64,000 nt of DNA from Verrucomicrobiia bacterium (GTDB taxonomy: Bacteria; Verrucomicrobiota; Verrucomicrobiia; Palsa-1439). Location of the stretch: the NCBI GenBank assembly GCA_049515295.1, contig JBEKUF010000002.1, positions 5,230-69,229 on the forward strand, read 5' to 3'. A program made the position numbers and the translations under genes. Below are positions 19,716 through 29,667 of the stretch, piece by piece; within the stretch, counting starts at the first letter, position 1; each line of letters opens with the position of its first letter. Below the pieces are notes generated by a model that worked only from the letters and a program-made list of their open reading frames with translations, searched no databases and was not told the DNA's origin.

Positions 19716-20738
19716 ATGACGCATACCCAGAGGAAGGAAGCTCTTGCGATGAAGGAAACTCAAGCCACGGGACTGAAGGGCTGGATCGGCTACCGCCCCG
19801 AGATCAAGGTCATGGATTGCACAATCCGTGACGGCGGATTGATGAACAACCATCACTTCGACCACGAATTTGTGAAGGCAGTCTACCAAGCGGATGTCGA
19901 GGCTGGCGTCGATTACATGGAAATTGGCTACAAAGCCTCCAAGAAACTGGCCAGCCGCAACGAATTTGGCGCCTGGAAATTTTGCGACGAAGACGATATG
20001 CGGCGAATCCTCGGCGACAAGAAGTCGTCGGTCAAAATCTCCGTGATGGCTGACGCCGAGCGCACGGATTACCATACCGATATACTCCCCAAGGGCAAGA
20101 CCGTCGTGGACATGGTGCGTGTCGCAACCTACATCCATCAAATTCCCACGGCGCTGGATATGATCAAGGACGCCCGCGACAAGGGCCACGAGACGACGAT
20201 CAACCTCATGGCCGTCTCGACCGTTCCCGACCTGGAGCTCGACAACGCCCTGGAGATCCTGTGCAATTCGGCGGTCGGCACGCTCTATATCGTCGACAGT
20301 TTCGGCACGCTATACGGGGAACAGATCCAGGCGCTGATGCACAAGTTCCTCAAGTTTGCCAGGCCGGCCAAGAAGACGATCGGGATTCACACGCACAATA
20401 ACATGCAGCTCGCATTCGCCAACACGATCGACGCGATCATTCTCGGCGCCAACATGCTGGACGCGAGCGTTGCCGGTCTGGGGCGGGGAGCCGGCAACTG
20501 TCCCATGGAGTTGCTGTTGAGTTTCCTTCACAATCCCAAGTTCAATCTCCGTCCGGTCCTGCGCTGCATCCAGCATCATGTGGAACCGATGCGCGAGAAG
20601 CTGCGGTGGGGGTTCGCCATCCCCTACATGGTGACCGGCCACCTCAACCAACACCCGCGCACCGCGATGAAGTTCATGGAAGAAACCGACGGGCGCGACA
20701 TCCTCAAGTTCTACGATACCGCGATTGAAGAAGAGTAA
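19716..20738 (+). CDS. HMGL-like / pyruvate carboxyltransferase-fold (DRE-TIM metallolyase) aldolase-type protein
   Basis: VMDCTIRDGG (TLRDGxQ-like), later HTHNN metal-binding motif; 340 aa. Alternative start at 19749. Confidence 0.65.
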   Translation: MTHTQRKEALAMKETQATGLKGWIGYRPEIKVMDCTIRDGGLMNNHHFDHEFVKAVYQADVEAGVDYMEIGYKASKKLASRNEFGAWKFCDEDDMRRILGDKKSSVKISVMADAERTDYHTDILPKGKTVVDMVRVATYIHQIPTALDMIKDARDKGHETTINLMAVSTVPDLELDNALEILCNSAVGTLYIVDSFGTLYGEQIQALMHKFLKFARPAKKTIGIHTHNNMQLAFANTIDAIILGANMLDASVAGLGRGAGNCPMELLLSFLHNPKFNLRPVLRCIQHHVEPMREKLRWGFAIPYMVTGHLNQHPRTAMKFMEETDGRDILKFYDTAIEEE

Positions 20739-20770
20739 ATCTCAATCGTACCAAGCCGGTTCCCGGCACG

Positions 20771-21508
20771 ATGATACTTCCGAAAGTCCTCAGCTTCCTC
20801 CGCGGCGAGCTCACGAGGAAAACCATGCTGTTCGTCCTGCTCCCGTTGATCTTTATCTCATGCTTCGGAATTCTGGGTCTGGCTGTCTGGTTGTACCCGG
20901 AGCCTTACGATTGGCGCTACACTTCCATCTCCAAATTGCTGTACCCGCGAAACAATCCGCAGTTCCATTACGTTGCCTCCATCAGCCTCGCTGTTTCGGG
21001 CGTGTTGATGCTCCCTTTCGCTGGCTACATCCGCCGACGATTGCGCGGCGCTTATCCCAAGGCGGCAACCGTCGGAGCCGTCGTGTTCTTCGGAGGGTGC
21101 CTGTGCCTCACCCTGGCCGGTTTGGTCGCCTCGCACCCGGCACACGGAACTCCGCGTCTTCCCAAGCTGCATGAAATACTGGCGCGCACCTCAGTCATCA
21201 GCCTCGGGTTGGGGATGGTCGTGTTTAGCGCATGCGGAACGAAGGGATATTTCCGGGCAGCACCGGGCAACGTGCTTCATCGACGCGGCCTCCTGGTCTC
21301 GTGGAACTTGCTCACGCTGCCCGTAATCTTGATCACCGTGACGTGGCTGGTAATCCGCGTATTCATGAAGCGGTCGGGCCCGGCCCTTCACACCATCGTA
21401 ACCTCCGCTGCCTGGAATGTGGGATTCTGGGAATGGCCCGGGTCAGTCGTCGTGTTCGCGTTCCTCGTGTGCTCCGTGTTGTTCCTGCCCGAACACGATT
21501 CGACCTGA
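20771..21508 (+). CDS. polytopic membrane protein, hypothetical
   Basis: Six hydrophobic segments predicted by eye; no catalytic motif. Confidence 0.5.
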   Translation: MILPKVLSFLRGELTRKTMLFVLLPLIFISCFGILGLAVWLYPEPYDWRYTSISKLLYPRNNPQFHYVASISLAVSGVLMLPFAGYIRRRLRGAYPKAATVGAVVFFGGCLCLTLAGLVASHPAHGTPRLPKLHEILARTSVISLGLGMVVFSACGTKGYFRAAPGNVLHRRGLLVSWNLLTLPVILITVTWLVIRVFMKRSGPALHTIVTSAAWNVGFWEWPGSVVVFAFLVCSVLFLPEHDST

Positions 21509-21582
21509 CCAATCTCCGACGGGGACGCGGCCACTGCGCCTCGACGTTGCATTTCGCGTCCCAAAGCGTTATGTAGAATGGC

Positions 21583-23763
21583 ATGAGGTTCGTATTGCGT
21601 CGCACCGCATCATCGGACTGGATACGATTTGGGAACATTTCGCCGGGCTCTCTCCCGAGGGCAACTCGATCACTCGTCTTCCTCGGGATAACATTGCTTG
21701 CGATGATGGTCATTTCCAGCATTGCGCACGGTCAAACGGGCACGGTGGCTTTGGGTCAGTCCACATACACGGTGGACGCGGACCAATCGAACGCCACGAT
21801 CACCGTCGTCTTTACGGGCAGTACCGACGACACGGCCTCGGTCGAATTTGCCACCAGCGATGGAACGGCCACTGACGGAGTGAATTATGTGGGCACCATG
21901 GGCACCAATGTAACATTGGGTTTCACGCCTAGCGCCGTAACGAATTTCGGCATCATCACCACCAATAACATCACCACCAATACCTTCGTCATCACCATAC
22001 TGGGTGGAGGAGCACCGCAATCCACGCAAACGGTCAATTTGGTCCTGTCGAATCCGTCCGGAGAGGCGGTCTTGGGCAGCCCGTCGACGGCTGTCTTGCA
22101 GATTATCAACACCGAGGTGCAGCAAGTGGCGTTTAGCCAGTCGGCCTATACAGTTGACGACACGGATACAGAAGCCATTGTCACGCTCATCCGAACCGGT
22201 GGGACGAACGGCACCATCACCGTCACTTTCAACACCAGCGATGGAAGCGCGCAGGCGGGCGTCAATTACACGGCGATATCGACAAATCTGGCGTTTCCCG
22301 ATGGCGTGGTTACGAACACCGTGGCCATTCCGCTGTTGACGCCGCCGTCGAGCAGCTGCCCAACCAACCAGACCGTCAACCTCGCCCTTTCGAGTCCCAC
22401 GGGAGGCGCAACTCTCGGCAGTCCGAGCCGGGCCGTACTGACGATCCGCGCAACTGAACCGCCGCTGGTCCAGTTGAGCGCCGCCAGCTATAGTGTCCAT
22501 GAACACGTCGGCCGGGCCACGGTCACCGCGATCCGCTGCGGGGACACGTCGGCGCAAGTCAGCGTGGATTATGCGACGAGCGATGGCACGGCGCGCAGTG
22601 GCATTGACTATTTCAGCACGAACGGGACGTTGATCTTCGGGCCCGGCCAGTCCAGCCAGGGCTTCAGTTTTTCCATTCAGAAGTTCTCGACGTTCCAAAG
22701 CAACAAGACCGTCAATGTGACTCTATCCAACCCGGTCGGCGCTACACTCACCAACCAGGATACCGCCGTGGTGACGATCGTCAACGACCGGCCCCAGACG
22801 ATTGTCTTCACCAATTCGGGCGGCGACGTGATTACCCTGATGCTTCGGTCAATTGGAACCATGCAGGTTTTACAACAAGAACCCCTCGATCTCGTCCTCT
22901 CCGAAACCGAGGCGGCCACCCGGATCACAATGAAAGTCAAAGCCAGCCGTACGGCCACTGCCCTTCCCCAAATCGACCAGATCACCGGTGGGCCGGACTG
23001 CGGCCTTATCGACGCCCGAGGTTTCGATGTGGTGGGAGCTGGCATCCAAATGGATGGCTACCTCAAGCAATTGAGAATCCACGACCTCACCAACGACGCC
23101 GTCGTGACCTCCAGCGACACGGAAAACCGGAGCACTACCATCTTCGCCCACAATCTCATGGATGGCTGTGCCATCAACATCAGCAACCGAATCGGCAGTT
23201 TGCAGGCGGCGCGGTTTGGCAACGGATCAACCCTGACCGCGCCGCAAATCGGCGCCATGTCGATCAAAGGCGACAAGAAGACCGGCATTTCAGGCGATTG
23301 CGAAGGAAGCATCGCGGTTTCCGGCGAGGGCCTGGCCGTCAATCAACCGGCCTTGGGGTCGCTGGCGGTATCAGGTACGATTAGCAACACTAGCCTCGTC
23401 GTCTCCAACGGCAGCGTCGGCGCAGTGACCGCCTCGCAGATGATTGATTCAACCATCTACCTCGGTTACACGCCCAATGACCCAACCAATCAGATTTCGG
23501 GCGGCGGCACGTTTGTCACCGGCATGCGGCTGGGGAGCCTCAACATTCGCTCGTCCACCAACGGCTTCATCAACAGTGACATCGCCGCGTCGCAGGTTGG
23601 GAGTGCGCACTTCGGCAGCATCATGACTGACAACGACGGGCTTCCGTTTGGCGTCACCGGCCAACAAATCTCGGGAGCTTCGTGCAAAACGCCGCCATTC
23701 CATTTCTACCCCAGCGGTCCCAACGATCAATCCTTGGGCGACTTCCACGTCTTGTTGCAGTGA
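21583..23763 (+). CDS. secreted protein with four Calx-beta domains and C-terminal beta-rich region
   Basis: Repeated units (Q)SxYTVDxxxxxATITVxxTG...VxFATSDGTAxxGVxY (Calx-beta signature) x4. Confidence 0.75.
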   Translation: MRFVLRRTASSDWIRFGNISPGSLPRATRSLVFLGITLLAMMVISSIAHGQTGTVALGQSTYTVDADQSNATITVVFTGSTDDTASVEFATSDGTATDGVNYVGTMGTNVTLGFTPSAVTNFGIITTNNITTNTFVITILGGGAPQSTQTVNLVLSNPSGEAVLGSPSTAVLQIINTEVQQVAFSQSAYTVDDTDTEAIVTLIRTGGTNGTITVTFNTSDGSAQAGVNYTAISTNLAFPDGVVTNTVAIPLLTPPSSSCPTNQTVNLALSSPTGGATLGSPSRAVLTIRATEPPLVQLSAASYSVHEHVGRATVTAIRCGDTSAQVSVDYATSDGTARSGIDYFSTNGTLIFGPGQSSQGFSFSIQKFSTFQSNKTVNVTLSNPVGATLTNQDTAVVTIVNDRPQTIVFTNSGGDVITLMLRSIGTMQVLQQEPLDLVLSETEAATRITMKVKASRTATALPQIDQITGGPDCGLIDARGFDVVGAGIQMDGYLKQLRIHDLTNDAVVTSSDTENRSTTIFAHNLMDGCAINISNRIGSLQAARFGNGSTLTAPQIGAMSIKGDKKTGISGDCEGSIAVSGEGLAVNQPALGSLAVSGTISNTSLVVSNGSVGAVTASQMIDSTIYLGYTPNDPTNQISGGGTFVTGMRLGSLNIRSSTNGFINSDIAASQVGSAHFGSIMTDNDGLPFGVTGQQISGASCKTPPFHFYPSGPNDQSLGDFHVLLQ

Positions 23764-23808
23764 GGCGGCGAGTTCCCCGCCGCACCATTCACCATTCCGT
23801 CATCCCGT

Positions 23809-24354
23809 GTGAACTTTTCGGGTTCGGCTTGCAACTACGGAGATGGAGGAGACAATCTCACACCGGTGCAGTCTGAGCCCGATACGGTTGGACGGTTGTA
23901 CGGTCAGCACGCCAGCGAGCTGTACCATTATCTCGCCAGGCGATGCCCGGACGCCGCGACCGCCGGCGACCTCCTGCAAGAGACCTTCTTGCAGGTCCTT
24001 CGTCAGCCCGACCAACTGGCCAAGGTGGCCATGCCCCGCGCCTGGCTGTTTGCCATCGCCCGTAACCTGCTGGCCCGCCACTACCGTCGGCGGCGCGATC
24101 CCCAACCCATTGCACAACTCTGGTATGAACCCGCGGAGAAGAAAGACGATCGTCTCGCCGCCATGCGGGAGGCCATCCAAAACCTGTCCACCGAGTTGCG
24201 TGACACACTCGAGCTGCGGCTGGAACAGGAATTGTCCTACGAAGAAATCGCCCATGTCCTGGGCGTCCCGGTCGGAACGGTCCGCTCGCGCCTGCACAAT
24301 GCCGTACGCCAATTGCGCGATCTCATGAACCGGCAGGAGGAAACCAATCAATGA
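23809..24354 (+). CDS. ECF (sigma-70 family group IV) RNA polymerase sigma factor
   Basis: Region 2 (ELYHYLARRC...DLLQETFLQVL) and region 4 HTH (LSYEEIAHVLGVPVGTVRSRLHNA). Confidence 0.8.
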   Translation: MNFSGSACNYGDGGDNLTPVQSEPDTVGRLYGQHASELYHYLARRCPDAATAGDLLQETFLQVLRQPDQLAKVAMPRAWLFAIARNLLARHYRRRRDPQPIAQLWYEPAEKKDDRLAAMREAIQNLSTELRDTLELRLEQELSYEEIAHVLGVPVGTVRSRLHNAVRQLRDLMNRQEETNQ

Positions 24355-24836
24355 AATCTGATGTCATGGAACGTTTGCTACTGGACCGCGCCTTGGGGCG
24401 TCTCGATCCCGACGTCGATGCGCTGCTGGCCGATTATCTGGCCAACGACGCAGCCGCAGCGACACAGGCCCGGGAGTTGCAGGATGTGGTTCATCTGGCC
24501 ACCGGAGCCGTTCGTCAACCGGTGCTCGCGGTCGAGCCGCCCAATCAAATCCACCGGCTCGTCTGGCGTCATCGCGCCGAACGAGCCCTGGCACTCGCCG
24601 CCTCGTTTGTGATCGGCGTGGCCATTACCGCCGTCGCGCTACGCGCCAACCTCCGGCGCGAGGACAACACGGTCTCACGCGCGCCATCGATCCAAAACGC
24701 GTCGATGCGGTCGCCACGCTTGGACGCCCTCGTCAAGACCAAGATCGAGTCCCTCCCCTTCTGGTCGAACCAACGGCTGTACCTGCTGGCGTCGGCGTCC
24801 ACCGTCGGCGCTGACGCAAAGGAGATGGTGAAATGA
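24351..24836 (+). CDS. anti-sigma factor (single-pass membrane)
   Basis: Overlaps sigma stop by ATGA; N-terminal anti-sigma helix region, one TM (ALALAASFVIGVAITAVAL), periplasmic tail. Confidence 0.6.
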   Translation: MKSDVMERLLLDRALGRLDPDVDALLADYLANDAAAATQARELQDVVHLATGAVRQPVLAVEPPNQIHRLVWRHRAERALALAASFVIGVAITAVALRANLRREDNTVSRAPSIQNASMRSPRLDALVKTKIESLPFWSNQRLYLLASASTVGADAKEMVK

Positions 24837-26278
24837 ATATGGGCAAATGGTTCTCACAACGATTCCTGATGGCAGTCTCCGTCCTTCTCGCGCTCTGCGC
24901 CGGCTGCGACCCGACGGATTGGGTCTGTTGGGCGCCGGACGGCGAGCACGCGTTCGTGCGAGGAGCCGACGACAACACCTTCCTGATCGACCGCACCGGC
25001 AAGATCGTTGGCCAAGCAACCGATGCGCGCGCCTGGCTTCCGGACTCGCGGCGAGTGATTGCCGTCCACGCGGTGAAACCCACCAGTTGGGATGAATACG
25101 CCCGGTTGCTCGGCCCCGACCGCGCCGCGAAGACGACGAATGCCGCCGCCAGCATGGTGCAGGTGCTGCAGGCGTATCACGGTGATTGGCCCAAGTTCGG
25201 CGAATCGGCCGAGTACAAGAAATGGGAGAACGACGTGGTTGGGCATACGTACAAAGCGGAGTGGCTGACGCGGGCCGTCGTCCTGTATCTACAGCAAACC
25301 AACCCCAGGATTCTCGTCCCCGTTGTCGATACCAATTCCTTCTCCATAACAGATCTCGTCCCCGACATATACGAACTCAATATCCACAACGTCCTGCCGT
25401 CTGACCCGTCAGCCGAGAGGTTACTGGCCCGGTTCCCGGACGAGATCCTGTCGGTGTTCCCCTCGCCGAGCGGACAAACTCTCGCGTTCGCCGTGGCAGA
25501 ACCCGATCACCCGGCCCTCTACCTCATCCTGCAAGCCACCAACAGTTCTCCCGAAAAGGTCGATGATGGTGTGACCGAAGCGGCCTGGTCGACGGATGGC
25601 CAAAACCTCGTATACGCCAAAACCACGGTTCCCTACTACCTGCTTCAGAACAGCATGCAACTCGGAACCATCACCACCCGCCGCATTTGCGGGACCAATG
25701 GACAAGTGCTGGCGGCGTTCGAGGGCTCCAAGGACCTTGCCGGAGTAATCCTGGGACAATCGGATTCCGTTCGTTCCACATTCGTGGCCTGTCTCCCCGA
25801 CGGTCGAATTCTCTTCGCGGCGGCCCCCATTCGTCTGCCGGCGCTCTCCTCCGACGAGCCAAGCCACCTGACCCTGTTTGTCATCCGACCCGGTCCCACG
25901 CAAACTCTGGAGTCGATCGTGCGCCCCGCAGAGATCTCGCGACTTCCGAACCGGGTGGACCGCTTTGCGCTGAGCCCTGACAAAAAGCGGGCGTCCATTG
26001 TCGATCAACAGGGGAACGTGAGTGTCCTGTCTCTGGACACCGGAGAATTGCTGGCGATCCAACCGACGGCCGTCTATTCCAATTCCGACAAATTCACGCA
26101 ACTCATCCCGACCTGGCGAACCACCAACGAAGTCACGTGCCTCGTCCCGATCGGCGACCCTTCGGGTAGCACCACACGCGTCGAGGTTGTCCTGGCAAAC
26201 CTAAATGGTCAGAGAACCGCGATCAGCCTGTCCTGGTCGAACACGATGGTGAAGGGATTACTACTCCCGACTCAGTGA
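24833..26278 (+). CDS. lipoprotein, beta-propeller-like
   Basis: Lipobox LLALCAGC; repeated W/D-containing beta-strand blocks; ATGA overlap with anti-sigma gene suggests one operon. Confidence 0.55.
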   Translation: MNMGKWFSQRFLMAVSVLLALCAGCDPTDWVCWAPDGEHAFVRGADDNTFLIDRTGKIVGQATDARAWLPDSRRVIAVHAVKPTSWDEYARLLGPDRAAKTTNAAASMVQVLQAYHGDWPKFGESAEYKKWENDVVGHTYKAEWLTRAVVLYLQQTNPRILVPVVDTNSFSITDLVPDIYELNIHNVLPSDPSAERLLARFPDEILSVFPSPSGQTLAFAVAEPDHPALYLILQATNSSPEKVDDGVTEAAWSTDGQNLVYAKTTVPYYLLQNSMQLGTITTRRICGTNGQVLAAFEGSKDLAGVILGQSDSVRSTFVACLPDGRILFAAAPIRLPALSSDEPSHLTLFVIRPGPTQTLESIVRPAEISRLPNRVDRFALSPDKKRASIVDQQGNVSVLSLDTGELLAIQPTAVYSNSDKFTQLIPTWRTTNEVTCLVPIGDPSGSTTRVEVVLANLNGQRTAISLSWSNTMVKGLLLPTQ

Positions 26279-26504
26279 CCATTGACGCCGGGCGCAATTC
26301 GGGGTCGCTCCCGGCCTGAACGAGACGCTCGTCTCCGCGAATTCCGCTTCTGGATTGCAGGGTCACGTAGTGGCACACGGGGCAGCCACGCACTCGTCAT
26401 GGGCTGGCCTCTTCTATACCATTGACCAAACCCCGAGAGACAGGTTAGAAGTCGTTACGGTCGTAACGGACGAAGGGAAGAAGCCAATCAGCGATACCAG
26501 AGCC

Positions 26505-27752
26505 ATGACGATGCGCGCAGTGGCATCGCCGACGCACAACAGTCTCCGCGGCTGGGCCAGGTCATCCGTAATTGCCATTGCGGTCGCCATGGTCTTCGGG
26601 CTGGGATGCGTGTCCCTGTACCGCGCCGCGTATGCGCCCGATCACCGCTCCGATTTCACTGTCTACACCGCTGCGGGTGATGCCGCGCGCGCCGGCGCGG
26701 ATCTTTACAAGGCGCAAAACCCCCGTGGCCTGTCCTACGTGTACCCGCCTCCGTTCGCCATCCTGATGGTCCCCTTCTCGGTGTTGCCAGTGTCTCTGGG
26801 GGCGCTGGTGTGGTACGCGCTCTCGGGGTTGCTCACCTTCTGGTCGCTTCGAATGTGCGTCGCGATGGTACGAGAGGAGCGGCAGTTTGATGGCGACACG
26901 TTCTGGCTGGCGGTATTGGCGGCGGTGCTGGTGCTGCCGTGGTTCATCCAGGGAGCCGCGGAAGGCCAGGCTACACTGTTGATGTCGTGGCTCGTGGTCG
27001 CCGCGCTGTATTGGCAGACCAACCACCGGCCGATCCTCGGCCCAACCTGTCTCGCCGGAGCCATTCTGCTGAAAGTGTTTCCCGCAGTCCTGATCGCCTA
27101 TTTTGTCTGGCGGCAGAAATGGCGGTTTGTCGCCGCCACATTGGCGATGGTCGCCATCGGCGCCCTCGGGCCACCGGCCATGGTATTCGGGTGGAACAAG
27201 ACTCTGACCTACTGGCAGGAATGGGCTTCCGTCGTCGCCGCACCGTCGCTGGGCAACGACCAGCAACACCGTGATAGTCCCGTGAACGGCCAGTTGCTCA
27301 GCCCGTACAAAGTGCGAAGCCAGACGCTACAAGCGGTTTGCTGGCGACTGACCGGCGCCCGTCATGCCCGAGAAATCGCCGCGACGGCCGCCGTCGTCAT
27401 GCTGGCGGTCATCGGGCTGGTCGGATGGCGGTCCCGACCCCGGAGCGAATCCCTGATTGTTTCGGCGGTATTGGTCTGGATGATCCTGGCGGCGCCACTT
27501 TCGGAGTTTCATTATCTCCTTGTGTTACTGCTACCAATGATGGCATTGGTCTTTGTGGCAGCCCATGAGTCGGACAGGGCGACCCGCTGGTTGGCGCGTG
27601 CCGCGTTGGCTGTGTTTGCCGTGGCAGGCCTGCTCACCGTGGGGTTTGTGCCCCTGCAGCAAATCGGGCTGCTCTGTTGGGCAATGATCGGGTTGTGGGG
27701 CGTGCTGTTGACGGCGGTGGTCCGTCAGGCACGAATGCGTGGTTCGGAATGA
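26505..27752 (+). CDS. GT87/DUF2029-family polytopic glycosyltransferase (mannosyltransferase-like)
   Basis: DFTVYTAAGDAARAG...LYK...YVYPPPFAIL motif block typical of DUF2029; about 11 TM. Confidence 0.6.
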   Translation: MTMRAVASPTHNSLRGWARSSVIAIAVAMVFGLGCVSLYRAAYAPDHRSDFTVYTAAGDAARAGADLYKAQNPRGLSYVYPPPFAILMVPFSVLPVSLGALVWYALSGLLTFWSLRMCVAMVREERQFDGDTFWLAVLAAVLVLPWFIQGAAEGQATLLMSWLVVAALYWQTNHRPILGPTCLAGAILLKVFPAVLIAYFVWRQKWRFVAATLAMVAIGALGPPAMVFGWNKTLTYWQEWASVVAAPSLGNDQQHRDSPVNGQLLSPYKVRSQTLQAVCWRLTGARHAREIAATAAVVMLAVIGLVGWRSRPRSESLIVSAVLVWMILAAPLSEFHYLLVLLLPMMALVFVAAHESDRATRWLARAALAVFAVAGLLTVGFVPLQQIGLLCWAMIGLWGVLLTAVVRQARMRGSE

Positions 27753-27755
27753 CCC

Positions 27756-28667
27756 GTGTGGCTCATCCGCAATGTGCCGAGCGGATCCACACGAGAACGG
27801 GCGGAAATAGCAAGGAGGGTTATGCATCCGGTGAAAGACCGAAACGATAGTCAGATCACAATGGAGTTCGCCGACGAAACGATGGTGCCTGTCGACAGCC
27901 AGGGGAACGGAACTGATTCACAATGGTTCGGCTCCCTCGTTTCCACGCCCATTTCGCTGGTGCTGCCGATGTTCAACGAAGCCCCGGTCGTCGACGCCAC
28001 GCTGAAACACGCGGTCGAAGGTCTCGAGCGCAAGTTCGCCGATTTCGAAATCGTCGTGGCCGACGACGCCAGCACCGACGGCTGCGCCGAGAAGGTGGAA
28101 CAATGGACCCGCAAAGACCCGCGGATCAAATTGGTCCGACTTCCCTGCAACCAGCGATTCGGCGGTGCCGTGTGTGCCGCGTTGCAGGGGGGCACGAAAG
28201 ACTTTCTCGTCTACACCGATTTCGACCTTCCCATCCGTCTGGAGAGTTTGCCCCGCTTGCTCGAAGCGTTTTCGGACGCCGATGTGCTGACCGGCTATTC
28301 CGAGGCGGGCGCCAAGTACGCCAACTGGGAATCGAAGGTCATTTCTCTCGGCTACAATTTCTTGGTCCGCGCGTTGTTCGGACTTCACCTGCGCGACGTC
28401 AATTTCGGTTTCAAGGCCATACGACGGTCGGCCTGGGAAAAATTGCAGCTGCACTCTCGCAGCCCGTTTGTCGACGCCGAGTTGTTCGTCCAGGCCCGCT
28501 ACCTCGGCTTCCGCGTCAAGCAGATCCCCGTGCCCTTTGTCCAACGCCAGTTGGGCGCCTCCCACATCCGCCGACTCGATGTCATCGCCGCCACCATGCT
28601 CGACATGGCCAAACTCCGCCTGACTCTGTCACGCCGACTCGGCCCAACGGCGGCCCGCCGCGCCTGA
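27756..28667 (+). CDS. family 2 glycosyltransferase (polyprenyl-phosphate sugar synthase-like)
   Basis: ISLVLPMFNEA...IVVADDASTDG...DxD-like DFDL. N-terminal 70 aa uncertain, true start may be later. Confidence 0.7.
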   Translation: MWLIRNVPSGSTRERAEIARRVMHPVKDRNDSQITMEFADETMVPVDSQGNGTDSQWFGSLVSTPISLVLPMFNEAPVVDATLKHAVEGLERKFADFEIVVADDASTDGCAEKVEQWTRKDPRIKLVRLPCNQRFGGAVCAALQGGTKDFLVYTDFDLPIRLESLPRLLEAFSDADVLTGYSEAGAKYANWESKVISLGYNFLVRALFGLHLRDVNFGFKAIRRSAWEKLQLHSRSPFVDAELFVQARYLGFRVKQIPVPFVQRQLGASHIRRLDVIAATMLDMAKLRLTLSRRLGPTAARRA

Positions 28668-28673
28668 TCGTTC

Positions 28674-29534
28674 GTGAAGCTCCTGGTCGTCAATGCCGAC
28701 GATTTCGGGCTCGACCCGGCCGTCAACGCGGCGATTGCCAAAGCCCACAAGAACGGCCTGTTGACCAGCGCCAGTCTGCTGATCGCCGCGCCGCACGCCG
28801 CCGCGGCCATCGAGTTCGCCCGGTCCCACCCGAACCTCGGCGTCGGCCTTCATCTTTGCCTCGTGGACGGTCGCGCTGCGGCGCTGCCGGACAAAATCCC
28901 GTCGTTGGCAACCGCAGACGGCCAATTGCCGCCGAGCCCGTTCGCTCTGAGCGCACGGTTCTTATCCCATCCGCGATTGGACGCGGACATCGAAACCGAA
29001 CTTCGGACGCAAATCAGCCAGTTCATGGCCACCGGCCTCCGTCCGACCCACTTCGACACTCACCAACACACGCACCTTCACCCGCGCGTGTTGAAGATTG
29101 TTATGCGTCTGGCGCGCGAACATGGCGTCAACTTCATCCGCGCCCCGGTCGAGCCTCTGTTGCCGTCGATCCGATGCAACCGGCAACGGCTGCCGCGCAA
29201 ACTCGTCCGCTGGGCGATTTTTGCCGCGCTCGGCTCGCGGACGAAACGGCAATTGCAACGGGAAAACTTCCGCACCGTCGACCGCGCCGTCGGCGTGCTT
29301 GACCCCGGCCATCTGCGAGAAGAATTTCTCGCGTCGTACCTGCGCCGATTGCCGGACGGACTTACCGAAATGTTCTTCCATCCCGCCGACCGCCCGGCCG
29401 ATCCCCTTGTCGAGATGCAGCGCGGCTACGAACACGCCGCCGAATTGCGCGCCCTCTACAGTCCACGGTTGCGCCAGCTCATCAACGACTCCGGCATCCG
29501 CCTCACCAATTTCCGGGAATTGGCTTTATCCTGA
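28674..29534 (+). CDS. YdjC/ChbG-family carbohydrate deacetylase (HpnK-like)
   Basis: MKLLVVNADDFGL N-terminus and HxH/DTHQH motifs of YdjC-like family. Confidence 0.75.
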   Translation: MKLLVVNADDFGLDPAVNAAIAKAHKNGLLTSASLLIAAPHAAAAIEFARSHPNLGVGLHLCLVDGRAAALPDKIPSLATADGQLPPSPFALSARFLSHPRLDADIETELRTQISQFMATGLRPTHFDTHQHTHLHPRVLKIVMRLAREHGVNFIRAPVEPLLPSIRCNRQRLPRKLVRWAIFAALGSRTKRQLQRENFRTVDRAVGVLDPGHLREEFLASYLRRLPDGLTEMFFHPADRPADPLVEMQRGYEHAAELRALYSPRLRQLINDSGIRLTNFRELALS

Positions 29535-29667
29535 GTCCGTCGAAGGCTTTATCCCGAGTTTGACGAAGGGTTTGTCCTGAGTCCGTCGAAGGCTTTATCC
29601 CGAGTTTGACGAAGGGCTTGTCCTGAGTCCGTCGAAGGCTTTATCCCGAGTTTGACGAAGGGTTCGA
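29530..29667. repeat. 46-bp tandem direct repeat x3, each unit an internal 23-bp half-repeat; overlaps stop codon of upstream gene
   Basis: Units start at 29530, 29576, 29622: cctgagtccgtcgaaggctttatcccgagtttgacgaagggtttgt with 1-2 substitutions. Confidence 0.85.

Noticed and set aside
29530-29667. Possible CRISPR array
   Set aside because: Tandem repeats are directly adjacent with no unique spacers and no cas genes nearby; unit contains an internal half-repeat, consistent with a simple tandem duplication or a MITE-like repeat.
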